From Eledone cirrhosa (lineage: Eukaryota), in assembly GCA_964016885.1 (NCBI GenBank), contig OZ024740.1, positions 143,592,001-143,656,000 on the forward strand: 64,000 bases of DNA. Reading direction: 5' to 3'. Below the pieces are notes generated by a model that saw only the letters and a program-made list of their open reading frames with translations, ran no database searches and was not told where the DNA came from. Shown piece after piece: positions 40,960 to 54,489 of this stretch; positions within the stretch are counted from its first letter, which is position 1; each line of letters begins with the position of its first letter. The position numbers and the translations under genes are program-made.

Positions 40960-41195
40960 GTAATAATAATAAATTTGAAGACTAAAATCCAAAGAGGGCT
41001 CGATAAGAATAAATATATATCAAATATATAAGAACCGTAGAGCAAATATTTATTAAAATAACAGATTAAAGTTTAAGCAAAGAATCGCTGCTTTCACTCT
41101 TAACGGGATCTTCTGAAACTAAAAAAATCAATCTGTGAACGCAGAAGTAAATATTTCGAAAAACGTTGCAACCGAAAGAAGACAGGAAGACGATA

Positions 41196-41383
41196 CTTTG
41201 ATTCGTGGAAACGTTCCCTGCCAAAGAACGTAAAAAAACGAAGATAATTCGTCCTAATTTGGAGCGGTGAAAACAATTACGTGGTATTGTTTTTGCGTGT
41301 AATTGTTTTCAAAGTTCCAAATAATGACGTATTATCTTCGATTTTTTACGTTCTTTGCCAGGGAACGTTTCCACGAACCAAAG
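41196..41383. promoter_or_regulatory. CpG-rich ~85-bp-arm inverted repeat, candidate promoter region
   Basis: ctttgattcgtggaaacgttccctg...aaaacaattac / gtaattgtttt...cagggaacgtttccacgaaccaaag. Retains CpGs. Strong donor AAG|gtaagt at 41701. Confidence 0.45.
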
Positions 41384-41388
41384 AATTG

Positions 41389-41986
41389 ACGATGGTTGCT
41401 GGACACTACGGCTTAATACGGGATGTTTGTTTACAAACACACCGAGCATTATAATAAATGTTCGGTGAATCCATACGTACATATATATATGTGTGCATGT
41501 ATGTATATATATATACATACTACTGTACGTCTGTATACATATATGTATGTACGTGTACATACTTATATTTAAGTAACAGCCGTACTAAGAGTGGGAAATG
41601 AGATTTCGTTTCATTTTTCCCGTTTATCGTTTTCGGTGCACCCGGCCGATTAACCCACTCGATATGCAAATTGGGCTACTCAGCCGTTAATATGCATAAG
41701 GTAAGTATATACGTTCAGCAATCTGGCAGGAAGGTATACGTTGCTGACGATAGCTAATAAGCTTGAAACTAGTACAGCGTTCCTTTGTCAGTGTTGAACA
41801 AACGAGCAACGATGGTTGCTGGACACTACGGCTTAATACGGGATGTTTGTTTACAAACACACCGAGCATTATAATAAATGTTCGGTGAATCCATATGTAC
41901 ATATTTATATGTGTGCATGTATGTATATATATATACATACTACTGTACGTCTGTATACATATATGTATGTACGTGTACATACTTAT
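41389..41986. repeat. Near-identical ~177-bp direct repeat, offset 420 bp
   Basis: cgatggttgctggacactacgg...catacttata at 41390 and 41810. Confidence 0.92.
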
Positions 41987-42319
41987 ACATATTTGTTATG
42001 TTATACTGTAACTCTTTGCTCTAAAGATGGCGTCAGACTCTCTACCGATACTGCCATTCCACCACCACAGTTTATATTTGTTATTTAAGCATTTGTAAAG
42101 TTATTTGTGTATATATTTAAAACATATTTGCTATGTTATTCTATCGTAAATTTATTTATATGCTTTGTATATATTATGTGTTTATATTTTCATTTTAATG
42201 TTATTTATACAATTGTGAAGAAATATTACACCAAAAAGTGAAAATAGGAAAGTTAGGCGCAAGTAGTATCTCCTGCTGCGAAAACAATTCATAGTGCATC
42301 AGATTTAAATTCCAAGCAG

Positions 42320-45300
42320 TCAGGAGAACGGTTGTCTCTAACCGGAGATTGTAAGACGGGTGTCGGCGAAAGTCTCAATGAGGAAGCCGACATCCTGAGG
42401 ACCAGAATTCTGTCTGCAAAAACAACCACACGTATTGGATATTGGAACATAAGAACTATGTACCAACCATCCAAACTTGCACAAGTTATCGGAGAAATAG
42501 AGGCCTACACAATTAACATCCTGGGCCTCAGCGAGGTCCGCTGGACTGACTCTGGGAAGTTTGTCCATGAAAACAAGACCATCCTGTTCTCAGGCCGTCA
42601 GAACGGGACCCACCGAGATGGAGTTGCAATCATCATGGACAGGGCTGCCAGCGGTGCCCTTGAGGAGTGAACTCCTATCAACGAACGCCTAATGACAGCA
42701 AGATTCACCACATCACATGCAAAGGTCACCATAGCTCAGTGCTATGCTCCAACCAACGAACATAACGATGATGACAAGGACGCTTTCTACCAGCAACTAC
42801 AAGATGTTGTAAACAAAACCCCACGTCATGACATCCTGATCATCATGGGAGACATGAACGCACAGATCGGGGGAAGCAGGGTTGGCTTTGAACATGTCCT
42901 TGGCCCCCATGCTTATGGAAACCGCACGGACAACGGGGACAGGTTTGTCCAGTTCTGTGCCATGAACAATATGAAAATCGGCTCGTCACTATTTGACCAC
43001 AAGAACACCCACAGGTCACATGGGCTTCGAACGACCACAGGACCAAGACGCAAATAGACCACATTGCGATTGGCCCAAGTTGGAGAGCTCCTTGCCTGCA
43101 GGACGTCCGAGTCTACCGGGGCGCAGATGTCTGCAGTGACCACTATCTGTCTGTTACCAAACTTAAAATCAGACTGAGGAAGCAGAAAAAGAGAGCACTC
43201 ACTACAAGGCGTTTTGACACTACCAAGCTGAAGAACGGTGACACAGAGGCACAGTTCGAGGCTGCTTTGAGGAACAGATTTGCTGTCCTTGAGGAGTCTG
43301 CACCAGGATCGGTCAATTGGTGGGAGGAAATGAAGAAGACCATGGAAGCTGCAGGGGAAGAAATCCTGGGCTACAGGAAGTCCCTCAGAGAAGCTTGGGT
43401 CAGCGACAACACCTGGCAGCTGATTAATGAAAGGAAAACCCTACATCAGCAGAGGCATGCCACTACCCCAGAGGCCATCAAGGTATATCAGCAGTATGTT
43501 GACAAGGACAAGGAGGTGAAACGCAGCGCACAAAAGGACAAACGCATGTGGATTGAGGGTAAGGCGGGGGAGGCGGAAGCAGCTGCGGCACGCAATGACA
43601 TGCGCTCTGTGTACCAAATTGCCAAGAAAATCACCGGCAGCTCTAGAGCTAACTCAGGCCCGGTGAAAGCGAAAGATGGTACGCTGCTTTCCAAGGGTGA
43701 AGAAAAGTTAGACAGATGGGCTGAACATTTCAAGGAAGTCCTCAACCGACCGGAGCCACGTGTGCCAGCAGACACTAAGGAACCTATTAGTTTGTTGCCT
43801 ATCAATACTGATGACTTCACCGAGAAGGAAGTCCGCATGGCCATAAAAACCCTTAAGAATAACAAGTCACCAGGTATGGATGGCATTTCTGCTGAAATGC
43901 TGAAGTCAGGAGGCGAAAGCATGGTCAAGTGGATGGGCCACTTATGTAATCTTGTGTGGAACACGGGTGAAGTCCCAGCAGATTGGAGAAACGGAGCGGT
44001 TGTCTGTATCCCCAAGAAGGGCAACCTTGCCGATTGTGACAACTGGAGGGGAGTGACACTTCTCTCCATACCAGGGAAGGTCTATTGTCTGATGATCCTG
44101 AACCGCATACGTGGCATGGTAGACCGGGAACTGCGAGAACAACAGGAAGGGTTCCGACCAAAACGTTCCTGTGCAGAGCAGATCTTTACCTTACGCCGCA
44201 TCATTGAGAGGTACAACGAATTCCAGAGGCCCCTCGCCGTCAGCTTCATCGATTTCTCCAAAGCATTCGATAGCTCTCATCGGCCGTCACTCTGGAGCAC
44301 CATGCATGAGTATGGTCTGCTCCAGAAAGTCATTTCGGCAATCAAACAGATTTACGCAGACTCCAAGTGCTGCATACGGACAGAGGATGGTTACAGTGAC
44401 TGGTTTGAGGTGGTTACTGGTGTGCGTCAGGGTTGCTCGCTCTCTCCAATTCTCTTTGCCATAGCCATTGACTGGGTACTAAGAAGAGCGTCTAAAGACC
44501 AGGGTATATCTTGGGTGGGAGAGCAAAAGTTGTCTGACCTGGACTTTGCGGACGATATTGTTGGACTTGCAGAGAGCACAGCTGACCTGCAAATCATTAT
44601 GAACAATATCAATGTCGAAGCAGGAAGCTTAGGTCTCAATATCAGTGCTAAGAAGACCAAAAGCATGTTATCTGGGACACACCCATCACCAACTGGTGTT
44701 TTCATTGAACAGGGGGGGGGGGGGGAGATAGTGGACAACTTCACCTACCTAGGAAGCTCCATTGACAATGGGGGCGCCATGGACAGTGAATTGCAGTGTA
44801 GAATGGAAAAGGCTTCAGCAGCATTTAACCAGCTTGTCAAGATCTGGAAGAGCAGGAAGTTCACCCTCAAAACAAAGATGAGATTCTACAACAGCAACGT
44901 GCTGTCCACACTCTTGTACGGAAGTGAAACATGGCACCTTAAGACCAGCCAAGAGAAGAAGTTGGACGCATTCGATTCCAGGTGTCTGCAAAAGATCCTG
45001 GGGATTAAATGGAGTGACCATGTAACAAACCAGGAAGTCAGGAACCGCACCAACCAGCAGCTGGTCTCTTCTGCCATCTGCAAGCGACGCCTGGGCTGGT
45101 TTGGACACGCTTTGAGACTTCCCCCGGAGAGACTGGCGAACCAAGTACTTAAATGGAACCCACAGGGAAGCAGACGGAGAGGGCGACCCAAAATGAACTG
45201 GCGCCAGACAGTTGAAAGGGACCTGCGAGCGACAAACAGACAATGGCGGGACGCTGTGCAACTGGCTGCTGACCGAACGCGGTGGAACACTATGATTGCC

Positions 45301-45345
45301 TCATGTGTCGCAAGACGCGGGAGCTTCTGAGTCAGAGTCTGAGAG
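42320..45345 (+). mobile_element. Near full-length RTE-clade LINE (APE+RT), lightly disabled
   Basis: YWNIRTM, SEVRW, YAPT, GDMNAQ, then the 687-aa RT ORF 43267-45330 (DFSKAFD, GVRQG, FADD). One TGA at 42668 and a frameshift near 43010. Confidence 0.95.
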
Positions 45346-45569
45346 AGAGAGAGAGAGGGGGATGATTGCGACGCAAACGAGTAAGTAATCCAATTCGTTT
45401 AACTCTTTTGGCTATATAAAACTAAATATATACATACGTAAACATGTCTTATGTCCGTATTTCTTGCAGTAATGTTGACTTTCGTGCCTCTTGTAACAAG
45501 TGAACGGTTTACTTGTGTTGAATCGTATTTTCTTTCGTTTTCTTTTTATATTTTTATATCCTGGATATA

Positions 45570-45900
45570 TTTTTTATCCTGGATGCTGCGATTAGGACGA
45601 GAGCCATAGCTTCCGCAGCAGAGCGGAGTAAGACCCTCAAATACTCTGATCTGTCGGTCAGCTACATTTTTCAGCCTGTGGCTTTCGAGACGTTTGGGGG
45701 GAGTCGGACCCCTGACTGCGAGGTTCCTCTCTTCACTGGCGGCTCGCCTAATAGAGGTAACTGGCGAATCTCGCGAGGGCGCTTGACTGTTCCAGCGCAT
45801 TAGCCTCGCCATCATCCAAGGCAACACTACGAGTGTGCTGACTTGCCTCAAAAAGTCATTAGAGAGGTTGCCCAGTACTCCTCGCGACGCTGCTGTCTTT
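45570..45900 (+). mobile_element. CRE-clade C-terminal (RLE) fragment
   Basis: KYSDLSVSYIFQPVAFETFGG.G...LFQRISLAIIQGN. Confidence 0.75.
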
Positions 45901-46949
45901 TGCTCTGGTGTTGGCTCGGTTGTTCACCCCTTTCTTTACATTTTCTTTAATATTGCAACATTAAAGGAATATATCCTTCTGAAAGAATCGCGAGCAATTT
46001 ATAATGTTATCTAAGCATTTGTAATGTTATTATACTGTAAATTTAATTATATGCGCTGTTTATATCATATGTGTTCGTATGTTCACTCCATATGTCTAAA
46101 CCGTGTATAATAACACAATAATATAAACTCATTGAACAAAAATAAAGGAAAGAAAAGGAAGGAAAAAAAGGGGGGGGGGGGGTTCACCACCAAGTGTGAT
46201 ATTCGGCCAGACCTCACACTATATCAATCATGTAATTTTATTTTGTATATAAATATCATTACAAATAATTAAAAAAGAGAAAGAAAGGGGAAAGTAAAAA
46301 AGAAAGAAAAAACACACATACATCTAGGACCACATACAACCAAAGGCAGGCGAACGAGGTGGACACGAAGAAGATTCAACACAATAAAATAAGGGCAACT
46401 AGTTATATTTATGGATTATACCTCTATTTCAAAGAATTAGAAGCCACGGGTAGAATTAATTTTTGAAGCAAGCCAACACTCTATTCGTGCTGCCTTCTAG
46501 CTTATTCTAAAGTCTATAGAAAACGTTTGCTGGTGTTGGTTTAAACAGAGCTCCTCGCTCCAAAAACTGTTTAAACCAAAACAAAAATCGAATAGATATT
46601 TCTGACGCTGTTTTATATGAATGCCCTCATTTATTATAATTCTTTAATGTAATTACAATTCAAGAACATGTTTGATGACCCTGTGATAAACAAGTGAAAC
46701 TCAGAGTAACAAGACTCCCTATTTAGCCCTAATAAAATTAACATTATAACTCTACTTCGGCATTGAGTACTCCTTTCTCTTAGTCGTCAACCACATAGGG
46801 ATATATATATCCCTATGTCACACGAAGTCGTCTTCCTCACTGATTAACTTTTAAGTTAACACTCTAATCGGTTGGGTTCGAATTTTAATAATTCCACAAC
46901 TATATATCTATGTATAAATAAATAAATAATTATTTATTTATTTATTTAT

Positions 46950-47627
46950 TATCTATGTATATATATAAAGTTGTAGTTCCTGTTTGTTTGTTTGTTCACG
47001 AACTCCTCATATGGTTTTCGAGATAGACCCCCTTAACCATATATATTCTGAAACTACATTGCCCAGGGTACTTGGATAAGTACATTTTAATCAACCCTCG
47101 TTGAAATTTTTTTCCTTTCGATTTATATGAGATTTAAACCATAGGTAAATGACAGGATAAGATGCCTATTCACAAAAGTTTTGAATTGATATTTTGAAAA
47201 AAATTATTTACAAGAAAGAAAATAAGAATAAGATTTAATAATGTAATTTTGATTTGATATATTACAAAAAATAATTGTTTCTACTTTTGGCACAAAGCCA
47301 ACAATTATTCCAGTGCATTACTGGTACTTTATTTTATCAACCCCGTAAGGATGAAAGGCAAAGTTAACCTGGCCGGGATTTGAACTCAGAATGGCAAGGG
47401 CCGTAACTCTGCGTCAAAGCATGGCGTCCGACCCTCTACCGATACTGCCAATCCGATATTACAAAAAATAATGTTTTCCAATTTTTCATGCATTACATTT
47501 TACATTGAGTAATATTGAAATGCAGAGTTTTTCTCCATAAAATTATATCACTGATTTAAAATCAATCATCATTTTCTTACAAAAAAAAATGTGTGAAACG
47601 CAGCAAGGCGCGGGTAATTCGGCTAGT
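46950..47627 (+). mobile_element. Non-autonomous Helitron-like element containing a SINE family 2 insertion (47274-47455, minus)
   Basis: tctat..tataaag 5' end, (tgtt)n, 3' cgcagcaaggcgcgggtaattcggctag|t. SINE flanked by atattacaaaaaataat. Confidence 0.65.
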
Positions 47628-48039
47628 AAATATATATACTTCGTTTTTGTATTTGTTTTTCTAGATTTATTATCTGAAAACGTGTGTTGAAATAGATATT
47701 GTTATACTTTGGGAGGGTCATTCTGCCAATAAAAACATGCACCTCCTGGTTTTCATTTCAATTTATTATATAAACTTTCAGTCAGTTCATTTAATAACTG
47801 GATGGTTGTTTAGGTCTTGAATTTCAAAGCTTTTCCGGCACACATTCTGTAACTTCAGTGACTACCTTTGTTGTTATTTTGTGTCCCGCCTTTGTTCTGT
47901 CCTACAGAATTTTGTTTTTGTGAGCTGTGTACTTGGGCTGTGCATGTATTATATCTAGGTTTGTGTGTGTGTGTTTTTTTCTTTATACGTTTATTTACTT
48001 GTCACTAGTTGGTTGCTTGTTCTATCTGTGTGTGTCAGT

Positions 48040-48760
48040 CGAGATGTCATCCTCTGTTCAGTTAAGAAGGCCCCTCAGCTTTACCACTTTGCTTGGCAAG
48101 ATTATCAGGAGCCCTCCTACTTCTCCTTCGGTGACCATTTCATCCTATCTGCTACAGGGGTCTGACGGTGACACGCTCAGACCAGCTGGGTATTGATGAC
48201 GTCACCAAGATGGGAGTTGACCTGGATTTGAATGTCTGGTATCTGGATGATGCTTGTTTGGGGTGTTCTCCAGATAAGATTCATGGAACCGCAAAGACGA
48301 TTGAGGAACTGAGTTGCAGGGGCTTTCATGTCAACAGTTCCAAATGCGAGCTCTGGTCCCTCAACCACCCAGCTTCACATCAACAGACTGTTGACCTGTT
48401 TACAGAGTCCTTCCCCTCTATCACGGTTCCTCCCTCATCAGCGTGGTGCTCTCTTGGAGCCCTAATTACTGACCAAACCTTCGAGTCCATCTTTCACTCT
48501 AAGTTGGCTAATCTTGAGCAAATTTTAAAAAATCTCGAAGCTTCACCAAAGTTTTTTTATACTTATGAATTACATCAATTCCTAAATTGTTGTATTTCAT
48601 CAGAATTAGCCCCTCTTACAAAATTTCGTCAACTCTCCAATACTTTGATGACTTAATATTCAATGAGCTCAAGGGCTTGGTCAATGTCTCTCTCCAGAAT
48701 CCCACAACCAGGCTCCCTTGCCTAAACAGTTTGGAGGTCTGAGAATTGCTATCACTTGAT
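48040..48760 (+). mobile_element. CRE-clade RT fragment
   Basis: LNVWYLDDACLG, GFHVNSSKCELW, QAPLP..FGGL. Confidence 0.7.
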
Positions 48761-49329
48761 CCTTTTCTTACTCATGTCTGCGATGGACATGACTTATATT
48801 CCTTTCTGCATATACTGTAATGAAACAAAAAACGTTTTTCAGCTATGGCTAGCCACAATGTTCATGCAACACACATGAAAGTTGTTTAGATGAAGCAATG
48901 CCTGTGTTTGAAGCTTTTTTAAGAAAGACCTTGCACTGGGCCAATCCCACTCTGAACAACTGTGATAGGTATCCAGAAACAAGAACAGGTCAACATCATT
49001 GGCTGCCATTGAGTCACAGGTTTTACATCAGTTTTCCTTCTAGAATGATGTCCTAACAAGGCCTAAGGGTCTCACACTTCCGGTGGGCTAAACACACACT
49101 CAGGCACCAAACCGAGTACTCAAAGTACCTGCATATATATTATATTATGTATATATAAGAGAGTGTTGTAGTTTGGTTGAAGCATTGTCTGTAGTGTTAT
49201 TTGAAGGCTATGACAATGCAAAATGAATGATAAATTTTTAAAATGAAAGCAAAGAAGATTTTTGTGTTACCTGGTAGTTTATTTATCAGTCTTTATATTT
49301 CAGGATTAAAAAAACAAACTAGTTCAGAG

Positions 49330-50400
49330 CTGTACATTTTGTTTGTTATAGAATCGCCATCTTACTTTCTTTGTTTGGAAACGATGGTTTATTTATAACT
49401 GCCAGAAATGGTGGAAGATTGGCATTATATGTGGACTACTATATGTGTGTACATTTTTATGTCAAATATAGGTTTCCTCGTAGTGAAGGGCTGGAGAGAG
49501 CTAACTGTGTATCTAGTCCCTCCTTGCAGATCACCATGGTTATTTTTTTGCTGAAGTGTAGTAACTTCAGAAAGCAGGTGTTGGAGGAGGTCTTACATTT
49601 CCAGCATTTTGGACCCCGAAGACGACTTTTGATGAATGTTGGATATTCATTGGTCTCTAGGAAGTGTGCGGTGTAGGGGACCTGGTCCTCTGCCTTGCTG
49701 CATTTTTTTCCAGGAATGTGTGAATTTATTCCTTATGTATCAGGTTTTAGCACCAATGAGCAAACAGGTCTCTGCAATTGGTTTTTCTGTAGAAGTTATG
49801 GATGTCACCTTCTGTTATCCTGAGTTGGTAGTCAAGTAGAGACAGGGATCCAGGGCAGTTATGGTTTTCTACGCTGAACTACATGTTATCATCCTTGTTT
49901 ATGAACATGGTAGATATTCCATTGGCCTCTTCATCAGAGAATGTGAGTAAGAGTACGTCATCTATGTATCTAGTGAAGAAGGTACAGGAGCGACAGGTGT
50001 TGAACGTTTGATGTTCTAGCTGGTCATGTAGGTGATGGCTAATAGGCCTGAAAGATTGGATCCCATGGGTAGACTTGTTGTTTGTTTGTAGGTGTGGTGA
50101 TGGAAGGTGAAGTATGTGTTTTCTACAATACTGATAGGAGGTGGTGAGGCCAAAGTTGTATAGGTCGGAAGAAATGATGCAATCAGTCACAAGGTTGACC
50201 ACTGGGTGAGTGGGTACTGATGTGTAGGAGACAACATTGAGGCTAAAGGTGTATCTGTTAAGTTTAAGTTGACCTGTATTTGTTAGGAAGTTGTCTTTGC
50301 CTACAGATATCAGCCTAGACTCTGTTAATGTGGTCTTCAATTTGGGTTGATGTTGTCTATTATTTCCGAAATAATCCATTGTTGCTGTGGTATTCAAATA
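49330..50400 (-). mobile_element. Degenerate Penelope-like RT
   Basis: SLNVVSYTSVP, FFTRYIDDVLLL in ORF 49879-50487. Confidence 0.7.
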
Positions 50401-50649
50401 CCAGCTTGTTGTAGATGTCACAAGTGACAATGCAAAATTCTTTCCCTTAATACACAAATTAAAGTACAAAGCAACGTATATATACAAAAATTATGTGTCA
50501 GTGTATAAACAGAAACTAAGTACATTTCATAATTTCTTTGTTTGTTTTTTGTTTTTTTTATTTTCAACATATAGATACAATAGAAAATAACTTTCTTCCT
50601 GTTTCCACCATTCATCTATGGTTCTTGTGATGTTTTGTGTTCTTCAGAT

Positions 50650-51415
50650 TCACTTGTACAAGATATGTAATTCCTGTCATTTTCTCTGCTGAAAGATGGG
50701 GCAAACAATGCATGCAAAGACAAGGTGAACTCTCTAACTGTTAGAATATTTTATATGAATAGACTACACAAAGTTGTGACAAAGTTCTTTGACATGTCTA
50801 CTACTGCTGGTCCTGATTGTGGCAAAGCAGAAATAATATATTAAAAATTTCAAGATACCATGGGTCAACTGTGTTGGCTTGGGGGTAGACAATTGCTGCA
50901 TAAACATGGGACAACCTAATTTAGTCATGTCTAGAATTCACAATATAAACAGTGCTTTAATTTTTATTAAGATACCCTTGTCATCTCATACATGACATTG
51001 CTTCCTTTCAGTCAAATTTAAAGATGTATGTGGTTTTTGACTTTTGCATTGATCTATTTTACTTTTTGGATAAGAGTACAAAATGAAAGGAGGAGTTAGA
51101 AGAGTTTTGTTGCTTTTACGATAGAGAATATAGGGAAATTTTAAAGAATGTCAACAAGGTGGTTAAGCCTAGAAATGGCAATTAATTGGGTTCTACTTTT
51201 TGATGCACTGCAGTTTTTTTCATATCCTGTGATAAGCATCTCAACTTTATATGTTTGAAAGCACCCCTTCTAAACTCTCATGTTAAAAATATATTTACTA
51301 TTCTATCAGGTTGTTCTGCCATCTTTCACCAATTTTAATAAAGACCTTTCCATTCACCTGCTAGACTGAATTACATTCTTTTTTGGTAGAAACTTTTAAG
51401 TAAATTTATAAAGTC
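50650..51415 (+). mobile_element. Degenerate hAT-like transposase
   Basis: VVTKFFDM, PCHLIH, FLDKSTK.K.EL.EF, RWLSL fragments with frameshifts. Confidence 0.55.
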
Positions 51416-51420
51416 GAAAG

Positions 51421-51900
51421 CTATCTATCTATATATATAAAACTGAGGATGTGTGTGTGTATGTGCATACCCACATAACTTCCACAGTTTGCAACCGACT
51501 TTCTTCAAATTTGGAACAAACATGCATTATGTTCCCAGGAGTGTTTTGGACTCATAAAATTTCAAGTTTTTGTCTAATGTGGCCCCTAGATAAATATTAG
51601 TTGGTTGCATGAAAACTACACACATACATATACATCTAAAGAGAGAGAGAGAGAGTGAGATAGGCCGTTATACAGAGAGAGATAAAGATATTCAGATAGA
51701 GAGAGAGAATGGCGACGAACGCTGGTTTACACACGCACACACATAAAGAGAGAGATATCTGTGCGTTCTTGATTGTTCTTCATTCTGTAGAGAAAGATAG
51801 AGAGGGTATGAGAAAAAAGAGAGAGAGGGGTTCAGAAAGAAAGAAAGATTGTAGGGGGTTGGGGAGGGAAGAAAATGATAGCAGCGTTCAATAACTTTAA
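51421..51900 (+). mobile_element. Non-autonomous Helitron-like/microsatellite-bearing element
   Basis: tctatatatataaaa start, (gt)n, caaccgac...aaatttgg motif, (ga)n tract shared with 17315-17425. Confidence 0.5.
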
Positions 51901-52614
51901 CTTTTATTTATTTATTTATTCTTTAGAAACTAAAAAAAAAGAATCAATCTGTGGACACAGAAGTAAATATTTTTTTAAATGTTACAACCGAAGGAAACCA
52001 GGAAGATAATACTTTCGTTCGTGAAGATGTTCCCTGGCAATAAATGGGAAAAAAGCGAGGATAATTATGTCGTTGTGTGGGGTGATGAGAACAATGTCTT
52101 GAAAAGACAAAAACACGTTTATGGTTTAAATGGTTTTATGGCTGGTTTATGCTAGTGTGGAAGATAGACGTTAAACGATGATGATGATGATGATATATAT
52201 ATAATATACTTACATATACACACATATATACATGCACACATACACATATACAGATACACACATACATATACCTACATGTATAGGCCTAAAAACACATATA
52301 TATATATACACACATACACAAATTCACATATGTACATACATACATATGCATATATACATATAACACATACACATACATATATATATATACATGCATATAT
52401 ACACATATTCATATACATACATACACATGACTGCTATTTAATACCCTCTGCTAGTTTTAAGTAGAATATCTTGTTTGAAAGAAGACTATGTAAAAAAATG
52501 AAGAAAATCATATGAGCTGTATGGATGTCTTTATTGGAATTATAACTCTCCTAAAACACAGAGTGAGTTTCTAGAGAATGCATCTCTTGTTTTCTGACAC
52601 TTCCATATATATAG

Positions 52615-53700
52615 GTGAGCTATGAGGCCCTCTTACCAGCACTTTCCCTTCCACCCACACACGTCAGCCACCCACCCCTGATGCCGCTTGGTGCCCCACA
52701 CCCCATCCCCCATCCCTCCAAGCTGACACCTGCTGCACTTGCAGCACCACTAACAAACGAAAGAGGGGCCGGAACTGTTTGGGGTGCGGCTGCTTCCACC
52801 ACCTCACCTGTGTTGGCTTGACTCGTCGAACTTCCAATGCCCTCGCAGCGTGGAGGTGCAGGAGCTGCCCTTCCCCACGACTTCCCAGCCACGGCCGTCT
52901 GGCACACCACCACATGGGACATGGAGCTTGCCTGACGCCCGAGCCTCGCTGGTCAACTTCGCTCGGCTCAGGCGGTTCCGGAAGATCACACTCAGGATCC
53001 CGAGAGCGGCACAGGTGCCGGTAGCTGATGCCCTCGCTTCCTCAATTGAGAGCGCCCTGGACTCCAATCGAGCCAGTGACTGGGAGCGGCTGTTCTATTT
53101 CACCCCACTTGCCTTCGGCCTCCCCAGCTCTGGCGCTGAATGGGGCGGCCGGTCAACAGCAGCCTTCGTCAAGGCAATATCAAACACCCTGGGCCACCCA
53201 CTGATCTCAGACCCATACCCCCACCCGACTCCCACTTGCTCCTTGTGGCTTCTGATGCAGACATCAGGTCCTTCCCAGCTAGCAGCTGTGGAAGTGAGGA
53301 TGGTCTCCGACCAGGCCACCTCAAGGAGTTCACATCCCCCCTCTCCGCTGAGGCCGGGTGCCGCCTTCTGAGTGCAATTGTGGCGCTCACCAATAGGCTC
53401 ATCCATGGTGCCCTGGACTCTTACGCCCGAGGCCTCTTTTTTGGGGCCAGCCTCACCGCTCTCAGGAAGAAAAAGGGTGGCATACGCCCCATTGCTGTGG
53501 GCAATGTCTTCCGGAGGCTGGCTGCCAAGGTGATCTGCAAGTCCGTAACACACAAACTGGGTGTCGGCATGTCCGGTGGCTGTGAGGGGGCCGCTCATGC
53601 AACCAGGCAGTTCTTCAACAGCTGCCGCTTGGAACCGGCATCCAGGGACTCCAGGCACCTCATTGTCAAGCTTGACATGAGGAGAATCTTTGCCGTTGAA
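52615..53700 (+). mobile_element. CRE-clade N-terminal/RT-start fragment
   Basis: GC-rich. Cys/His finger (FHHLTCVGL..WRCRSC), RIPRAAQ, DGLRPGHL, ASLTALRKKKGGIRPIAVGNVFRRL, LGVG..GGCE. Confidence 0.85.
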
Positions 53701-54489
53701 TGATGATTTTTTGAGTTGTACAGGTTTTACTTGTAAAGTATACTTTGTTTGAAGTTTTACATGATAAAAATATAGGTTGATGCTGAAGTAGTTGTGTTTT
53801 TTGTTGTTTTCTTAATGTTATATATACATATCACAATGTCCACAATAGCTTATACAGCAAACTATTTCTCACATAATCCATATCCATGGGTTCACTTCTC
53901 TGAAGCACAAGCCTCATCAGGGGGTTTTGTAAAAGACCAGCAGTTACCCATGCATGCAAGTCTACCCTCTATATGATACCAATGTTGTCAAAGGCAGAGG
54001 CTGGTTACAGCTTGACACTAGTGTTGTCATTTTTTCCAGCTAAGTTAACTGGGGCAACATAAAATAAAATGCCTTGTTTGAGGACACTATGCTGTCTGGT
54101 TCAGGAATTGAACTAATCCACATTCTTCACAAGTTTTAGAAGCGTGTGATAACAAGTCAACTAAACACGGCAAATCTTACTGCCGAATTGTTGATTTGAG
54201 AAATGTAATGTATTCAGTTCATTTTCATGTCGTCTCTACATGTTTCTTGGTCCATTTACCTATCAGTATTTAAACTGTTATTAATCTGTTATATGTTTGT
54301 TTAACTTAGAATCTAATCTTTTCAATATTATCGATAAATCTGTCGGACCCTCAAAAATAATCTTCTCGCATTTAAACTCCTATTATTTGTTATATGCTCG
54401 TTTAACTTTTCAATAATAAAGTTGAATCTGTCAGACCTTTATAAAAATAATCTTCTCGTAAACTTTCCCATTTCTCCCCCCCCCCTTCT

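Noticed and set aside
40305-41045. Long YI-rich ORFs
   Set aside because: Translation of (TA)n microsatellite plus an antisense SINE.
46672-46708. Hammerhead-like motif ttgatga...gaaactcagagta
   Set aside because: Core C is mutated and stems I and II are not convincing. At most a decayed copy.
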